From contig CBDFLQ010000005.1 in the NCBI GenBank assembly GCA_965249275.1, positions 288,001-352,000 of the forward strand: a stretch of DNA of 64,000 nt. The letters run 5' to 3'. The stretch is from Dehalococcoidia bacterium. Its GTDB lineage: Bacteria > Chloroflexota > Dehalococcoidia > Plut-88900. This document shows, piece by piece, positions 8,949 to 19,261 of this stretch. The notes under the pieces are model-generated. The model ran no database searches and had not been told where the DNA came from. It was given only the letters and a program-made list of their open reading frames with translations. Position 1 is the stretch's first letter, and each line of letters begins with the position of its first letter. The position numbers and the translations under genes were made by a program.

Positions 8949-10430
8949 ATGGACTGGCAAGAGCACTATAAAAGAAAGCTCGTCACCGCCGACGATGCTG
9001 TCAAGCTGGTGAAGTCGGGGGACAGGGTAGAGATTGCCATGTCGCCAACTCCTACGGTGTTGCCCCCGGCCCTCGGGAAGCGCTGGCCGGAGCTCCAAGA
9101 CGTGGAGACCGTAATGGCCGAACCGGGCTACCACATGCCGTGGTATGAGCCGGGTTTCGAGGAATCGTTTTCCACGACGTTGACCGTCCACGTCGGGGTG
9201 AGTGGGGGTGGAACGGTGCTCGACGAGAGGAGAGGCGACTACTATCCAAGCCTCTTTTCACTGTGGCACAAGCCCGCCATAGATAGGCCCGATGCAGCTC
9301 CCCCAACCGACGTTTTCATGTGCACCGTCTCGCCACCTGACAGGAACGGCTATTGCAGTTTCGGGCCTTACCTGTGGTACAAGCGGGAACTAGCCAAGCA
9401 TGCAAGGGTGGTGCTGGCGGAGGTAAACGACACCTACATACGGACGCACGGGACGAACTATATCCATGTCTCGGAGATCGACCGCTTCGTCGAAAACTCG
9501 CCCAGGCTGATGCCCGATGACGAGATGGAGTCCATGATCCAGGGCATGGCGGACGAGGAGGCAAGAGATGAGCTAAGGGCCGTATCAGACCGGATCGAAC
9601 CCGAGCGGCGATACGATCTAATACCGAGGCTGGTGAAGATGGACGCCCGGGTCATGCGGCGATGGGCCGAATCGACGGGGTTTCAAAGCGAAACCGAACC
9701 CGTTGCCCTGGCCATATGCCAATACGCCGCAGAGCTCATTCCGGACGGGGCCTGCCTTCAAGTCGGGGGTGGAACGCCATCTACGCTGCTTCCGAGCCTG
9801 GGGGTGCTGGACGAAAAGCGTGACCTTGGGTTCCATTCCGAGATGTCGCCGAGAGGGCTAATCGACCTGGTGCGGAAGGGAGTAATAACAGGCAAACGAA
9901 AGAACTTCCATCCTGGTAAATATGTCACCTCATCGCTTTCCAATTGCACGCAGGAAGAGATCCTGTTCGCGCACAACAACCCGATGTTCGAGCTGCGCGA
10001 TACCTCATACGTCGTAAACATCGCCAACGTGGCGGCGAACGACAACATGGTGTCCATTAACAGCGCCTTGGCCATAGACCTGACCGGCCAGATTAACGCC
10101 GAGACGGTATTCGGAGGGAGGTTGATAGCCGGTACCGGGGGCCAACCGGAGCTTCACATGGGGGCGATTAGCTCCAGGGGTGGGCGAGCTATCACGTGTC
10201 TGCGTTCTACTGCGATGGGGGGAGTCGTGTCACGAATAGTCCCGCAGCACGACGCTGGAACGGCCATCACCGTGACCCGGGGCTTTGCCGACTACGTGGT
10301 GACCGAATATGGAGTTGCCAGCCTGTTCGGTAAGACATTCAGGCAGAGGGCGGAGGAGCTGATAAGCGTCGCGCACCCGGATTTTCGCGCCGAACTCCGG
10401 CGAGAGGCCCGGAAGCTCTTCTACCCGTGA
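8949..10430 (+). CDS. Acetyl-CoA hydrolase/transferase family, paralog 4
   Basis: MDWQEHYKRKL start; closest to paralog 3. Confidence 0.9.
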   Translation: MDWQEHYKRKLVTADDAVKLVKSGDRVEIAMSPTPTVLPPALGKRWPELQDVETVMAEPGYHMPWYEPGFEESFSTTLTVHVGVSGGGTVLDERRGDYYPSLFSLWHKPAIDRPDAAPPTDVFMCTVSPPDRNGYCSFGPYLWYKRELAKHARVVLAEVNDTYIRTHGTNYIHVSEIDRFVENSPRLMPDDEMESMIQGMADEEARDELRAVSDRIEPERRYDLIPRLVKMDARVMRRWAESTGFQSETEPVALAICQYAAELIPDGACLQVGGGTPSTLLPSLGVLDEKRDLGFHSEMSPRGLIDLVRKGVITGKRKNFHPGKYVTSSLSNCTQEEILFAHNNPMFELRDTSYVVNIANVAANDNMVSINSALAIDLTGQINAETVFGGRLIAGTGGQPELHMGAISSRGGRAITCLRSTAMGGVVSRIVPQHDAGTAITVTRGFADYVVTEYGVASLFGKTFRQRAEELISVAHPDFRAELRREARKLFYP

Positions 10431-11695
10431 TCACTCGCCTGCCCTCCTTCCTGTCATTCCTGTTTCGACGGTCCCTACCCAACGACTACCTGACCATCCA
10501 ACTGGAAAGGGCCTGTCGAGAAGATATCTGTCCCATCTGCATCTTCGAGGGCGAGTCACGGTACACCTGGCTCTGGTCATTCCTCTGGGAGCATGTCAAC
10601 GACCCCGAGGCGCGGGACCAGTTCATAGAAGCGGGTGGCCTCTGCCCCGCCGACCTCTGGCGCGCCGTCGAGCTTGCGCGCCATGTCATCAAGAGCTCCC
10701 TTGGCGTTGCGATGGTGTTTCAACACCTGATCAAGATCATCACTCGGGCCCTGGAGACCGGACGCTCCAGCGCACCCTGGATAAGCACTTCGCCGTGGAG
10801 GTTTGACCTGGGCAGCGGTTGCCAAGCCTGCGCCACTGCAGAGAGCGCAGCGGGGTATTCAGCAACTCGGCTGCTCCTCGCCGCCTCGGTTCCCACCCCA
10901 CCCAGCTGGCTTGAGTCGGCTTTCCTCCTCTGCGGCCGCCACTTTCAGGGCTTGGTATCCAAGGCTTCCAATTCAGAGTCCCGCACTCGGCTATACAACT
11001 TCCAAGACTCGGCGGCGAAAGCCCAAGGTACGCCTAGCTCCGCCCGCCACTTGGAGGCCGCGGTTAAGCCTCTTCCAGCCTTCTTCCCGGTGCCCGTCAA
11101 GTCCGAGAGCTTGTACGAGAACGCGTCGGAAAGGTGTCCAGTGTGCGAGCGCATGACTCGGCTTGAAAGGGACTCGTCTTCTCCCTCAACCACGACACTT
11201 CACTCCTGCCTGGCCCATTACCGGGCCTTCGCCAGGGTAGGGACGGCCCTATACGCCCGGTTTGTACCTGAAGACGATTCGCAAGCGGTTATTCAGCGTT
11301 CAGGCTGCCCTTCTTGCAGTCAACGCCAAGAACTCGAGAGCCAAGCCCTCGATTACACCGTTTCCCTAATTCAAGAGCGCGGGGCTCAGGACCTGCTCTG
11401 TCTAACTCACCTTACCCGGGTTTTGGCCATGCTTGCCAGGGATAGGGGTGCTGCGTTCATGCAAGACCAACTGGACCGGCTGAACACCCTGATAAAAGAC
11501 CTGGACGACTTCATTGCGCTTCACGATTACCGGTACGGTAAGCAGCCGGCGGAGAACCCCGACTCTCCCTATCGGTGGGCACTCCGCTTCCTGTCTTCAG
11601 AGCCTTCCATTTATGCACATCTACTGCCTCCCGGCGGGTCCGAAAAGTTCCTGCGCTCGAAACGTCGCAGGCGGGCCTCGCTGCCCAATCCTTGA
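10427..11695 (+). CDS. Cys/His-rich DUF6062-like protein
   Basis: CPIC..WEHVND..R..GGLC and C-terminal LCLTHL..DF..HDYR motifs resemble DUF6062; GTGA overlap with upstream gene. Confidence 0.55.
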   Translation: MITRLPSFLSFLFRRSLPNDYLTIQLERACREDICPICIFEGESRYTWLWSFLWEHVNDPEARDQFIEAGGLCPADLWRAVELARHVIKSSLGVAMVFQHLIKIITRALETGRSSAPWISTSPWRFDLGSGCQACATAESAAGYSATRLLLAASVPTPPSWLESAFLLCGRHFQGLVSKASNSESRTRLYNFQDSAAKAQGTPSSARHLEAAVKPLPAFFPVPVKSESLYENASERCPVCERMTRLERDSSSPSTTTLHSCLAHYRAFARVGTALYARFVPEDDSQAVIQRSGCPSCSQRQELESQALDYTVSLIQERGAQDLLCLTHLTRVLAMLARDRGAAFMQDQLDRLNTLIKDLDDFIALHDYRYGKQPAENPDSPYRWALRFLSSEPSIYAHLLPPGGSEKFLRSKRRRRASLPNP

Positions 11696-11721
11696 CATAG
11701 CACCCCTCCTCTTTCTAAAAT
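11692..11721 (+). promoter_or_regulatory. Sigma70-type promoter for iscA
   Basis: TTGACA-N18-TAAAAT. Confidence 0.6.
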
Positions 11722-11752
11722 CCCAATAGGCCAATACGTCACAACGACAGGA

Positions 11753-12112
11753 ATGACACCAGCCATGACTACAGCAACCCCACTCCCTACCATTCACGTT
11801 ACCGAGCAGGCGGCCAAGCAAATGATGAAGATAGCCGCCAAGGAGGGCTACGACGAATTCGGCCTCCGCATGGCCGTCAAGGGCGGCGGCTGCTCGGGCC
11901 TCACGTACAAGCTCGGCTTCACCGAAACCCCCAAGAAGGACGACAAAGTCATCGAGGAGCACGGCGTCAAGCTTTTCATAGACTTCAAGAGCATGTTCTA
12001 CTTGGGCGGCACCGTTCTCGACTTCTCGGGCGGGCTGAACGGCAAGGGATTCGAGTTCACGAATCCCAACGCCAAGACGACCTGCGGGTGCGGGAACTCG
12101 TTCTCGGTCTAA
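11753..12112 (+). CDS. iscA: Fe-S cluster assembly A-type carrier (IscA/ErpA/HesB)
   Basis: GGGCSGLTY and TCGCGNSF motifs. Confidence 0.93.
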   Translation: MTPAMTTATPLPTIHVTEQAAKQMMKIAAKEGYDEFGLRMAVKGGGCSGLTYKLGFTETPKKDDKVIEEHGVKLFIDFKSMFYLGGTVLDFSGGLNGKGFEFTNPNAKTTCGCGNSFSV

Positions 12113-12215
12113 TCGCAGTTCCAGCCATACCTTAGCCTCTTTGGGGTCTTCCAGTTGATTGGAAGGCCCCTTTCTTCTACCATTGAAGCGTAAAGCACTA
12201 GAAGGACTTGCCGTT

Positions 12216-13232
12216 ATGACCCAGACAGCAAAGCTAACCACTCCCGAGACTGCCCTCCGTGCCGCCCGAGAAAGCGCCGTCTTCGCACATAAGCCGGCCC
12301 CCGGCATTCTCAGAGTGACCGGCGAGGACGCCCTGGACCTTATCAATCGCCTTTCCACGAACGAAGTCGAGGAGATGGCCGACGGTTCGGGGTTGTCCAC
12401 CGTGCTCACCACCAACAAGGGCAGAGTCGTCGATTTGCTCACCATGTTCTATCTCCCCGACCACTGGCTGGTTCTTACCTCTTCCGGCAACCAGCAGAAG
12501 GTCATAGACTGGATAGAGGATTTCACTTTCGGTGAGGAGATCGAGGTAGAAGACGTTACTGCGGATACCGTCGTGCTCACCATAGTCGGGCCTCGTGCCC
12601 CGGACATCATGCACACCCTAACGCAGGCTGACTTCTCGGCTCTGCCTACCCACCATTCAGTCCAGACCACGATTTCGGCAACCGAGGTCCTGGTCTCGAA
12701 AGCCGACTCGGCCCTCGGCGAGGCTTTCACCCTTCTGGCACCCATCGCTTCGGCTCCGGCCCTCAGCGCTGAAATCCTTGCCGCCGGCGAGGCCTTCGGC
12801 ATGAGAGAGATGGACGCAGACTCTTACGAGGCGTTCCGCATAGCTGCGGGGGTCCCGGCCTATGGCCCGGAGCTCGGCGAGGAAGTGAACCCCTTGGAAG
12901 CCGGGCTTTGGGATTCCGTTAGCTTCACCAAGGGCTGCTACGTCGGGCAGGAGGTCGTGGCCCGGCTCAACACCTACGAGAAGGTGAAGCGTTACCTAGC
13001 GATGCTGAGCCTTGAAGACGGGACTATCCCTGACGCCGGGACCCCATTAACCGTAGACGGCAAAGACGCCGGTAAGCTCACTTCCGTGTCCCCCATCCTG
13101 ATTTCGGGCCGCAGGCCCGCGCTCGGCTACGTGAGAAAAGCCTATGCGAACCCCGAGACTGCGTTGACGGTGGAATCGGGTGACGGGCCAGTGGCTTGTG
13201 AGTTCGTAAGGCGGGTAGGGACTCGAGACTAG
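12216..13232 (+). CDS. ygfZ: Folate-binding YgfZ/GcvT family protein
   Basis: KGCYVGQE signature; adjacent to iscA. Confidence 0.88.
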   Translation: MTQTAKLTTPETALRAARESAVFAHKPAPGILRVTGEDALDLINRLSTNEVEEMADGSGLSTVLTTNKGRVVDLLTMFYLPDHWLVLTSSGNQQKVIDWIEDFTFGEEIEVEDVTADTVVLTIVGPRAPDIMHTLTQADFSALPTHHSVQTTISATEVLVSKADSALGEAFTLLAPIASAPALSAEILAAGEAFGMREMDADSYEAFRIAAGVPAYGPELGEEVNPLEAGLWDSVSFTKGCYVGQEVVARLNTYEKVKRYLAMLSLEDGTIPDAGTPLTVDGKDAGKLTSVSPILISGRRPALGYVRKAYANPETALTVESGDGPVACEFVRRVGTRD

Positions 13233-13234
13233 GG

Positions 13235-15331
13235 TTAGCGAAGCGGCAGTCCGAAGGTCTTCAGGGTAGATTCAAGAACGGTGGGGTCGTTGGTCGGGAG
13301 GGCGCAGGTGTTCCCCGCACACACGTAGACCTGGGGACCCGCTTCTCGTGACATCATCCCCTCTACCGCAGGCGGCAGTTGACCTGGACTGCTTTTTGCG
13401 GGGTCGTACAAGGAGACCAGCTTGTGGGGCCGATAGGTGGCGAGGGCCTTGCGCCAAAGCTCCTGGGTCAGGGGATCCCCTTCGGAACCGACTATCACCG
13501 CATGGGCGGGCGGATTGAGGTGCTGTTCCAAGGCCAGGAAATAGGTGCTGGCGAACAGGCCGTACTGGGCACCTATCGGCCCAAAGAGTTTCAGCGTCTG
13601 CTCAGCCTTTTCCCGGTAATCCTCCCGGTGAGTCAGGTAGTAGAGCCGATCCAAGGTGAGCGCGGCGACGGAGTTCGTGCCGGGTGTGGGAGAGTCCTGG
13701 ATGGGTTTCTCGGCGCCCTCCAACCCCACCGAGCCTAGCTTCCAGTCCGCCAGATCGAAGAAGCCGCCTTCCACGTCGTCCCAGAAATGGACGATGGTGA
13801 AGTCCATCAGTTCTTGGGCGAGATCCAAGTACCGGGCCTCGCCGGTGGCTTCGTGGGCATCGATCAAGGCTCGGGCCATGTGGACCTGGTCGTCTAGGAG
13901 GCCGTCGACCTTCGCTTCTCCGTCGGCGAGGCTGTGGTAGAAGCCGCGCCCCGGCTTGTACGCTTCCTCGATGAGCCGGTCAATGGCCTTCAGCGCCGAC
14001 TCCCTGCACCCCTCCAACCCCAATCCCTTGTACGCCTCCAGGTGTGCAGAGGCCATCATGCCGTTCCATCCAGAATAGACCGTCGTGTCCACGTAAGGCA
14101 CGGGCCTATTTGAGCGCGCTTCCAGCAACGCTAGGCTCGACTCCCGGATGCGCTTGTTGACAAAGTCCTCGTCCAGCTGCAGCCGGCGGGCTATCGCGTC
14201 GGGCTGCATGTCGACGAAGAGGACGTTCTTTGCAGGGTTGTGGTGCATCTCACCTCTGGCCTCGACGTTGTAGAGGAGTGAAATGATCCGCGCGTCCTCG
14301 GGGGGCAGGGTCTCTTCCACCTCATCGAGCGTCCAGGTGAAATAGTCGCCGTCGTCTTCCATACCGACATCGGCGTCCTGGCTGGCGTAGAAGCCGCCGC
14401 GCTCGGGGTCGGAAGCCACCTCTGAAACCCACTTAACAATTCCTTCGGCGACCTCTCTGAACAGCGTCGATCCCGTGGCCTGATATCCGTGGACGTAGTT
14501 TCTGAGGAGCTCCGAGTTGTCGTAGGACATCTTCTCGAAGTGTGGAACTATCCAACGGTCGTCGACGGAGTAGCGGTGAAAGCCCCCGCCCAGCTGGTCG
14601 TAGACTCCGCCGAGGGCCATCTTCTCAAGGGTCTTGTTGATCATAACGCTCAGCCAGTCTTCCCGCGTCTCGTAGTATCGGCTCAGGGCCAACTCGATGG
14701 CCGAAGTGTGGGGGAATTTCGGGGCGCGGCCGAAGCCACCGTGCACCAGGTCGAACCCCTGCCCGATGGACTCCAGTGCAGCGTCCAAGGCGGAGACCCG
14801 GAGCTCGTGGCCCTCTTCGTGCTGGACGGTCAGTTTGCCCAGGTGTTCCTTTATTTTCCGGGCGTTTTCCAGCGCCGATTCCTTGTTGTCCCGATAAAGC
14901 TCGCTTACGCGGGTCAGCAGGGACTTGTAGCCGGGCCTGCCGTGCATGTCGTTCTTGGGGAAGTAGGTGCCGCCGTAGAAGACCTGTCCCCGTTCGGTGA
15001 GGAACGCGGTGAGGGGCCAGCCGCCCTGCCCTGTGATCGCGCCTACGGCGCTCTGGTATCGGCGGTCAACCTCGGGTCTTTCATCCCGGTCGACCTTCAC
15101 GGCGATAAACCGATCGTTGATGATGGCCGCCACTTCCTGGTCTTCGTAGCTCTCCCGGTCCATTACGTGGCACCAGTGGCACCACACCGCGCCGATGTCC
15201 AAAAGCACGGGCTTTCCTTGCTCGGCAGCCAGGCGGAAGGGCTCGTCGCCCCACGGATGCCACCGGATCGGCTGGTCGGCTGCGCTTTTCAGATAGGCAC
15301 TGGTCTCGTGGACGAGGCGGTTGGTGGTCAT
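13235..15331 (-). CDS. Thioredoxin-domain protein, YyaL/SSP411 (DUF255) family
   Basis: NRL..ETSAYL, WCHWCHVM, KVDRDERP, GGWPLT, HFEKM. Confidence 0.92.
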   Translation of the reverse strand: MTTNRLVHETSAYLKSAADQPIRWHPWGDEPFRLAAEQGKPVLLDIGAVWCHWCHVMDRESYEDQEVAAIINDRFIAVKVDRDERPEVDRRYQSAVGAITGQGGWPLTAFLTERGQVFYGGTYFPKNDMHGRPGYKSLLTRVSELYRDNKESALENARKIKEHLGKLTVQHEEGHELRVSALDAALESIGQGFDLVHGGFGRAPKFPHTSAIELALSRYYETREDWLSVMINKTLEKMALGGVYDQLGGGFHRYSVDDRWIVPHFEKMSYDNSELLRNYVHGYQATGSTLFREVAEGIVKWVSEVASDPERGGFYASQDADVGMEDDGDYFTWTLDEVEETLPPEDARIISLLYNVEARGEMHHNPAKNVLFVDMQPDAIARRLQLDEDFVNKRIRESSLALLEARSNRPVPYVDTTVYSGWNGMMASAHLEAYKGLGLEGCRESALKAIDRLIEEAYKPGRGFYHSLADGEAKVDGLLDDQVHMARALIDAHEATGEARYLDLAQELMDFTIVHFWDDVEGGFFDLADWKLGSVGLEGAEKPIQDSPTPGTNSVAALTLDRLYYLTHREDYREKAEQTLKLFGPIGAQYGLFASTYFLALEQHLNPPAHAVIVGSEGDPLTQELWRKALATYRPHKLVSLYDPAKSSPGQLPPAVEGMMSREAGPQVYVCAGNTCALPTNDPTVLESTLKTFGLPLR

Positions 15332-15363
15332 ATGAATCTCGTTATCGTAGGTGAGTTTGGGAG

Positions 15364-15744
15364 TTATTCATGCAACGGGAGTTTTTCAATGAGGATGTCT
15401 CCATTATCACTGGCTTCTATTGTAATCCGGCTGCCCCATAACAAGTTCATTCCAACCATCGACGTTCCTTGGGATTCGACGATTATGACGTCGCGAGGCT
15501 CTTCATGCCAGTTAGCCCTACCCAAGTACGTGTTCATCACGGAAACTTCACCGTCAGCCAGAGTGAACCTTCGCTGCCCCATAGGTCTTAGCTGCAGGCG
15601 GCGTATTGTGGGTATGGGAAGGGATACATCACCGTTAAAGCCGGTATCCAGGACTGCGGCCATCGGCACCAAACGCCCCAACCCATCCAAGACTTCCAAT
15701 CGAATTATTGGAGTCCTATCGGCAGTTACGCGGCCCTTAATCAT
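15364..15744 (-). CDS. Clan AA (retropepsin-like) aspartic protease, AF_0612-like
   Basis: LDTGF catalytic motif, LADG flap, VGMNLL. Confidence 0.85.
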   Translation of the reverse strand: MIKGRVTADRTPIIRLEVLDGLGRLVPMAAVLDTGFNGDVSLPIPTIRRLQLRPMGQRRFTLADGEVSVMNTYLGRANWHEEPRDVIIVESQGTSMVGMNLLWGSRITIEASDNGDILIEKLPLHE

Positions 15745-16012
15745 GGACTGAAGGCCGAGTAGAAAGCCAGACGTAGGGCGTAGGATAGCCAACACGAACC
15801 GCCCAAGTCATGGCGTCAGGTCGTCGGTCCAGGAGGCGGCGGGTGGCGTCCGCGTCACGTTCGCCTATTTCGTAGTCGCCGGTGTAGACATCTATGACCA
15901 CGAATTTTCCATACTGTCCGGGCTCAACCAGCGACCGAATAGTGCGCTCGTAGATTGCCGTGCCTCGGGCCGGAAGGTCTGCGGGCATCCGCTCAATAGG
16001 ACTGATGCTCAT
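15737..16012 (-). CDS. Small conserved protein (DUF5678-like) coupled to the aspartic protease
   Basis: [18 protein letters not shown] motif; 8-nt overlap with the protease gene. Confidence 0.7.
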   Translation of the reverse strand: MSISPIERMPADLPARGTAIYERTIRSLVEPGQYGKFVVIDVYTGDYEIGERDADATRRLLDRRPDAMTWAVRVGYPTPYVWLSTRPSVHD

Positions 16013-16147
16013 GCCGTAATGCTAACACGGCTAAGTCCCAGGGTCACAACCCCGAACCAACGCTCTACCTACCCATGTATCACCGAGGCGCGTATTGGGC
16101 ATCCCGAACAACAATGGTATATTACCTCTGCAGGAGGAGAATTCCCC

Positions 16148-16936
16148 ATGAACAACCACAACAAATCAGCCGCCGACGTCAGGGCAGAGATCCGCTCCGG
16201 CGCCTTCGCCGGGATTACCGCGGGTCTCGCCCCCGGCGCCACACAGGCTAACCTGGCCATACTTCCCAAGGAGTACGCCTTTGACTTTCTCCTCTTCTGC
16301 CAACGCAATCGCAAACCCTGCCCACTCATTGAGGTGCTGGAACCTGGTCAGCCCGAGCCCTTAGCCTCGGCGCCCGGGTCCGACATCCGTACCGATTTGC
16401 CCGCCTACCGCATCTACCGCGACGGCGTCCTGGAAGCCGAGGTCCCGGAGATAAGCGAATACTGGCGAGACGACCTGGTGTCGTTCCTGATGGGATGCAG
16501 CTTCACTTTCGAAGAGGCCCTGATCCGGGCGCAAATACCAATGCGTCACATAGAGGAGGGGACGAACGTCTCCATGTACGTCACCAATATGGAGACCCGA
16601 AGCGCGGGCGTCTTCTCGGGGCCTATGGTGGTCAGCATGCGCCCCATTCCGCACTCCCAGGTAGTGAAGGCCGTCCAGGTCACGTCCCGATACCCGGATG
16701 TGCACGGGGCTCCCGTTCACATTGGGAACCCTGAGGCTATCGGCATCTGTGACATTTCCAAGCCCGACTACGGAGACCCCGTAGAAATCCGGGAGAACGA
16801 GACCCCTGTATTCTGGGCCTGCGGCGTGACACCGCAGGCCGTCGCCGAAAAGTCCCGGCCCTCCTTGATGATCACTCACGCCCCGGGCTACATGTTCGTA
16901 ACAGACATACCCAACGAGACTACGGCGGCGCTATGA
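16148..16936 (+). CDS. Putative hydro-lyase / D-glutamate cyclase domain (DUF1445, YcsI)
   Basis: [37 protein letters not shown]; AGGAGGA RBS. Confidence 0.92.
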   Translation: MNNHNKSAADVRAEIRSGAFAGITAGLAPGATQANLAILPKEYAFDFLLFCQRNRKPCPLIEVLEPGQPEPLASAPGSDIRTDLPAYRIYRDGVLEAEVPEISEYWRDDLVSFLMGCSFTFEEALIRAQIPMRHIEEGTNVSMYVTNMETRSAGVFSGPMVVSMRPIPHSQVVKAVQVTSRYPDVHGAPVHIGNPEAIGICDISKPDYGDPVEIRENETPVFWACGVTPQAVAEKSRPSLMITHAPGYMFVTDIPNETTAAL

Positions 16937-17784
16937 CGATAGAAGACATAATCCTCAGCGGCGACACCCGCGGCGTATCGCGGCTCAGGAGGAGGCTGCC
17001 TGCCGACTTCTGCCAAAGCGCCGCCCAGTACGCGCTCGACTCAGAGGGGCCTGTGCTCATTCTAACGGGCTTCTACGTCAAGGGTTCATGGGAGTCCGAC
17101 GGGCCGCCCGGCGCCGTTGCCATAGGTCGCGCGCTGGAGGCGCTGGGCCGCAAGGTCATCTACATCACCGATGGGGCCGCCCCCATGCTTCGTGGCCTGG
17201 TCGGCAGACCGAAGGACAAGGTCCGCGAGTTTCCCATAACCGGACGTGAGGCCAGCAAGATTGCAGCCAGGTCGATTCTGACAGCAGTGAAGCCGGGACT
17301 CGCCATATCCATCGAGCGATGCGGAATGACCAAGGAGTCCAAGCTCTACCTTAACATGCGCGGTATCGACATCTCCGAGCACACTGCGAAGCTGGACTAC
17401 TTGTTCCAGGGCGTCAAAAAAAACGTCGCTATCGGAGACGGTGGCAACGAGATAGGAATGGGGTCAGTGTATGAGCACATCCCCGCCGTATCGACGCTAG
17501 TGCCAGATCCTGCGGTCACTCCCGCCGACCACCTGATCATCGCGAGCGTGTCCAACTGGGGGGGCTACGGCCTGGTAGCTTGCCTGTCAATTCTCACCGG
17601 CAAGGACCTTCTCCCCTCCGCGGAAGAGGAGTTCGAGATGGTCAAGAAGTGGATCGACCTGGGAGGCGTGGACGGGATCTCGGGGGAGAAGGTCTATACG
17701 GTAGACAACATGGATGCCGGACAAACTGCCAACATTCTGTCGCGACTCCACCAAGAAGTCGCAGCGGCGAGGGCGGCGGCATGA
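16933..17784 (+). CDS. DUF4392 (glutamate cyclase-associated) protein
   Basis: [27 protein letters not shown]; ATGA overlap. Confidence 0.88.
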   Translation: MTIEDIILSGDTRGVSRLRRRLPADFCQSAAQYALDSEGPVLILTGFYVKGSWESDGPPGAVAIGRALEALGRKVIYITDGAAPMLRGLVGRPKDKVREFPITGREASKIAARSILTAVKPGLAISIERCGMTKESKLYLNMRGIDISEHTAKLDYLFQGVKKNVAIGDGGNEIGMGSVYEHIPAVSTLVPDPAVTPADHLIIASVSNWGGYGLVACLSILTGKDLLPSAEEEFEMVKKWIDLGGVDGISGEKVYTVDNMDAGQTANILSRLHQEVAAARAAA

Positions 17785-18719
17785 AGATCTGCTCGCTGCT
17801 ACCCAGCAGCACCGAGATAGTGTTCGCCCTGGGGCTCGGAGGCTCGCTGGTCGGGGTGTCCCATGAATGTGATTTCCCCTCGGAGACCGCCTTCATTCCT
17901 TCCGTAACCTCCAGCGTGGTCAATGGAGAGTCGATGACCGGCAGGCAGATCCACGATGCGATCACCGGCCTCGTACACGGTGGAAGCAGCATCTACAACC
18001 TGGACCGCGAGCTGTTGGACGAGGCCAGCCCCGACCTTATCCTGACGCAGGAGCTCTGCGACGTCTGCGCCGTATCCTACAAACAGGTCGAGGCGGCGGC
18101 TTCCATGCTGCAATGCGACACCCGAGTGGTATCCCTGGAACCAAACACCCTGGACCAGATCCTGGATACGATACGCATCGTGGGTGAGCTTGCCGGGGTC
18201 GAATCGCAGGCTAAATCCGTTGTCTCCGGCCTCCGTGCTCGTATAGACAGGGTTGGAGAAATTGCCGCTCGGGCCCAACAAAAGCCCAGAGTCCTCTGCA
18301 TGGAATGGATTGACCCAGTCTTCATCGGCGGGCACTGGGTGCCGGAGATGGTCGCTCTTGCCGGTGGAGAAGACGGCCTGGGCATTGCCGGGAAGCCATC
18401 CTTCCAGGTCGATTGGCCGCGTATTGCCGAATACAACCCTGCTTTGATAGTCGTCATGCCCTGCGGGTTCAGTGCAGGACAGGCTTTGAAGGAGTTGGAG
18501 CAGACAGTCTTGCCGGATGAGTGGCATGGCCTCGACGCCGTGACCGGCGGGGAGGTCTACGTGGTCGACGGCTCGTCGTACTTCAACCGTCCCGGACCCA
18601 GAGTCGTGGACGGGCTCGAAATCCTTGCCCAGATTTTCCATCCCGAGCTCTTCTCCCGCCCCGAGGCCAAGTTCGGAGGGCTGATCAAGACACCGTACCC
18701 CATCCGTACCGGGAGCTAG
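17781..18719 (+). CDS. BtuF-like cobalamin/iron substrate-binding protein without signal peptide
   Basis: SLLPSSTEI, GVSHECDFP, QELCDVCA, GHWVPEM, FNRPGPR. Confidence 0.88.
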   Translation: MKICSLLPSSTEIVFALGLGGSLVGVSHECDFPSETAFIPSVTSSVVNGESMTGRQIHDAITGLVHGGSSIYNLDRELLDEASPDLILTQELCDVCAVSYKQVEAAASMLQCDTRVVSLEPNTLDQILDTIRIVGELAGVESQAKSVVSGLRARIDRVGEIAARAQQKPRVLCMEWIDPVFIGGHWVPEMVALAGGEDGLGIAGKPSFQVDWPRIAEYNPALIVVMPCGFSAGQALKELEQTVLPDEWHGLDAVTGGEVYVVDGSSYFNRPGPRVVDGLEILAQIFHPELFSRPEAKFGGLIKTPYPIRTGS

Positions 18720-18726
18720 AGGTCTC

Positions 18727-19128
18727 ATGACCGCCGATCGGGATGCCATATCAGAGGTGACTGCGGCCAATGAAAGGTTCTACCGCGCTTTCGAAAGCCT
18801 GAACGTTGAGCAGATGGCTCGGGTGTGGGTGCAGGACGATACCGCACAGGTTGTTCATCCCGGCTGGAGTATCAAGCTAGGCTGGGATGAGGTAAGGGAC
18901 AGTTGGGCCGCCATTTTCGCCAACACGAGGTACATGGAGTTCCACCTGACGGACGTGCATGTACTGGTGTCGGGGCCGTGGGCACGGGTCACGTGTGTTG
19001 AGAACCTGAGAAGCGTCGCCGGTGGGCAGGAGAATATGGGCCAAGTCCAGGCCACCAACCTTTTCACCCTAACGGGCGACGAATGGTTGATGGTCCATCA
19101 CCACGGCTCGCCTATTTTTACGGGCTGA
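18727..19128 (+). CDS. NTF2/SnoaL-like protein
   Basis: ANERFYRAFE, HPGW, ATNLF, HHHGSP. Confidence 0.85.
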   Translation: MTADRDAISEVTAANERFYRAFESLNVEQMARVWVQDDTAQVVHPGWSIKLGWDEVRDSWAAIFANTRYMEFHLTDVHVLVSGPWARVTCVENLRSVAGGQENMGQVQATNLFTLTGDEWLMVHHHGSPIFTG

Positions 19129-19261
19129 TTGGGGCTAAGGATCGAAGTCGTACCGTGATCCCTTGATGCACTGCATTATGGAACGGCTGTTAGGTCCCAA
19201 TTCTGAAGAGTGTTAGCATTGGGGTGAAATGGGGATGAGGTGTCCCAATAGAGGTCAGGAA

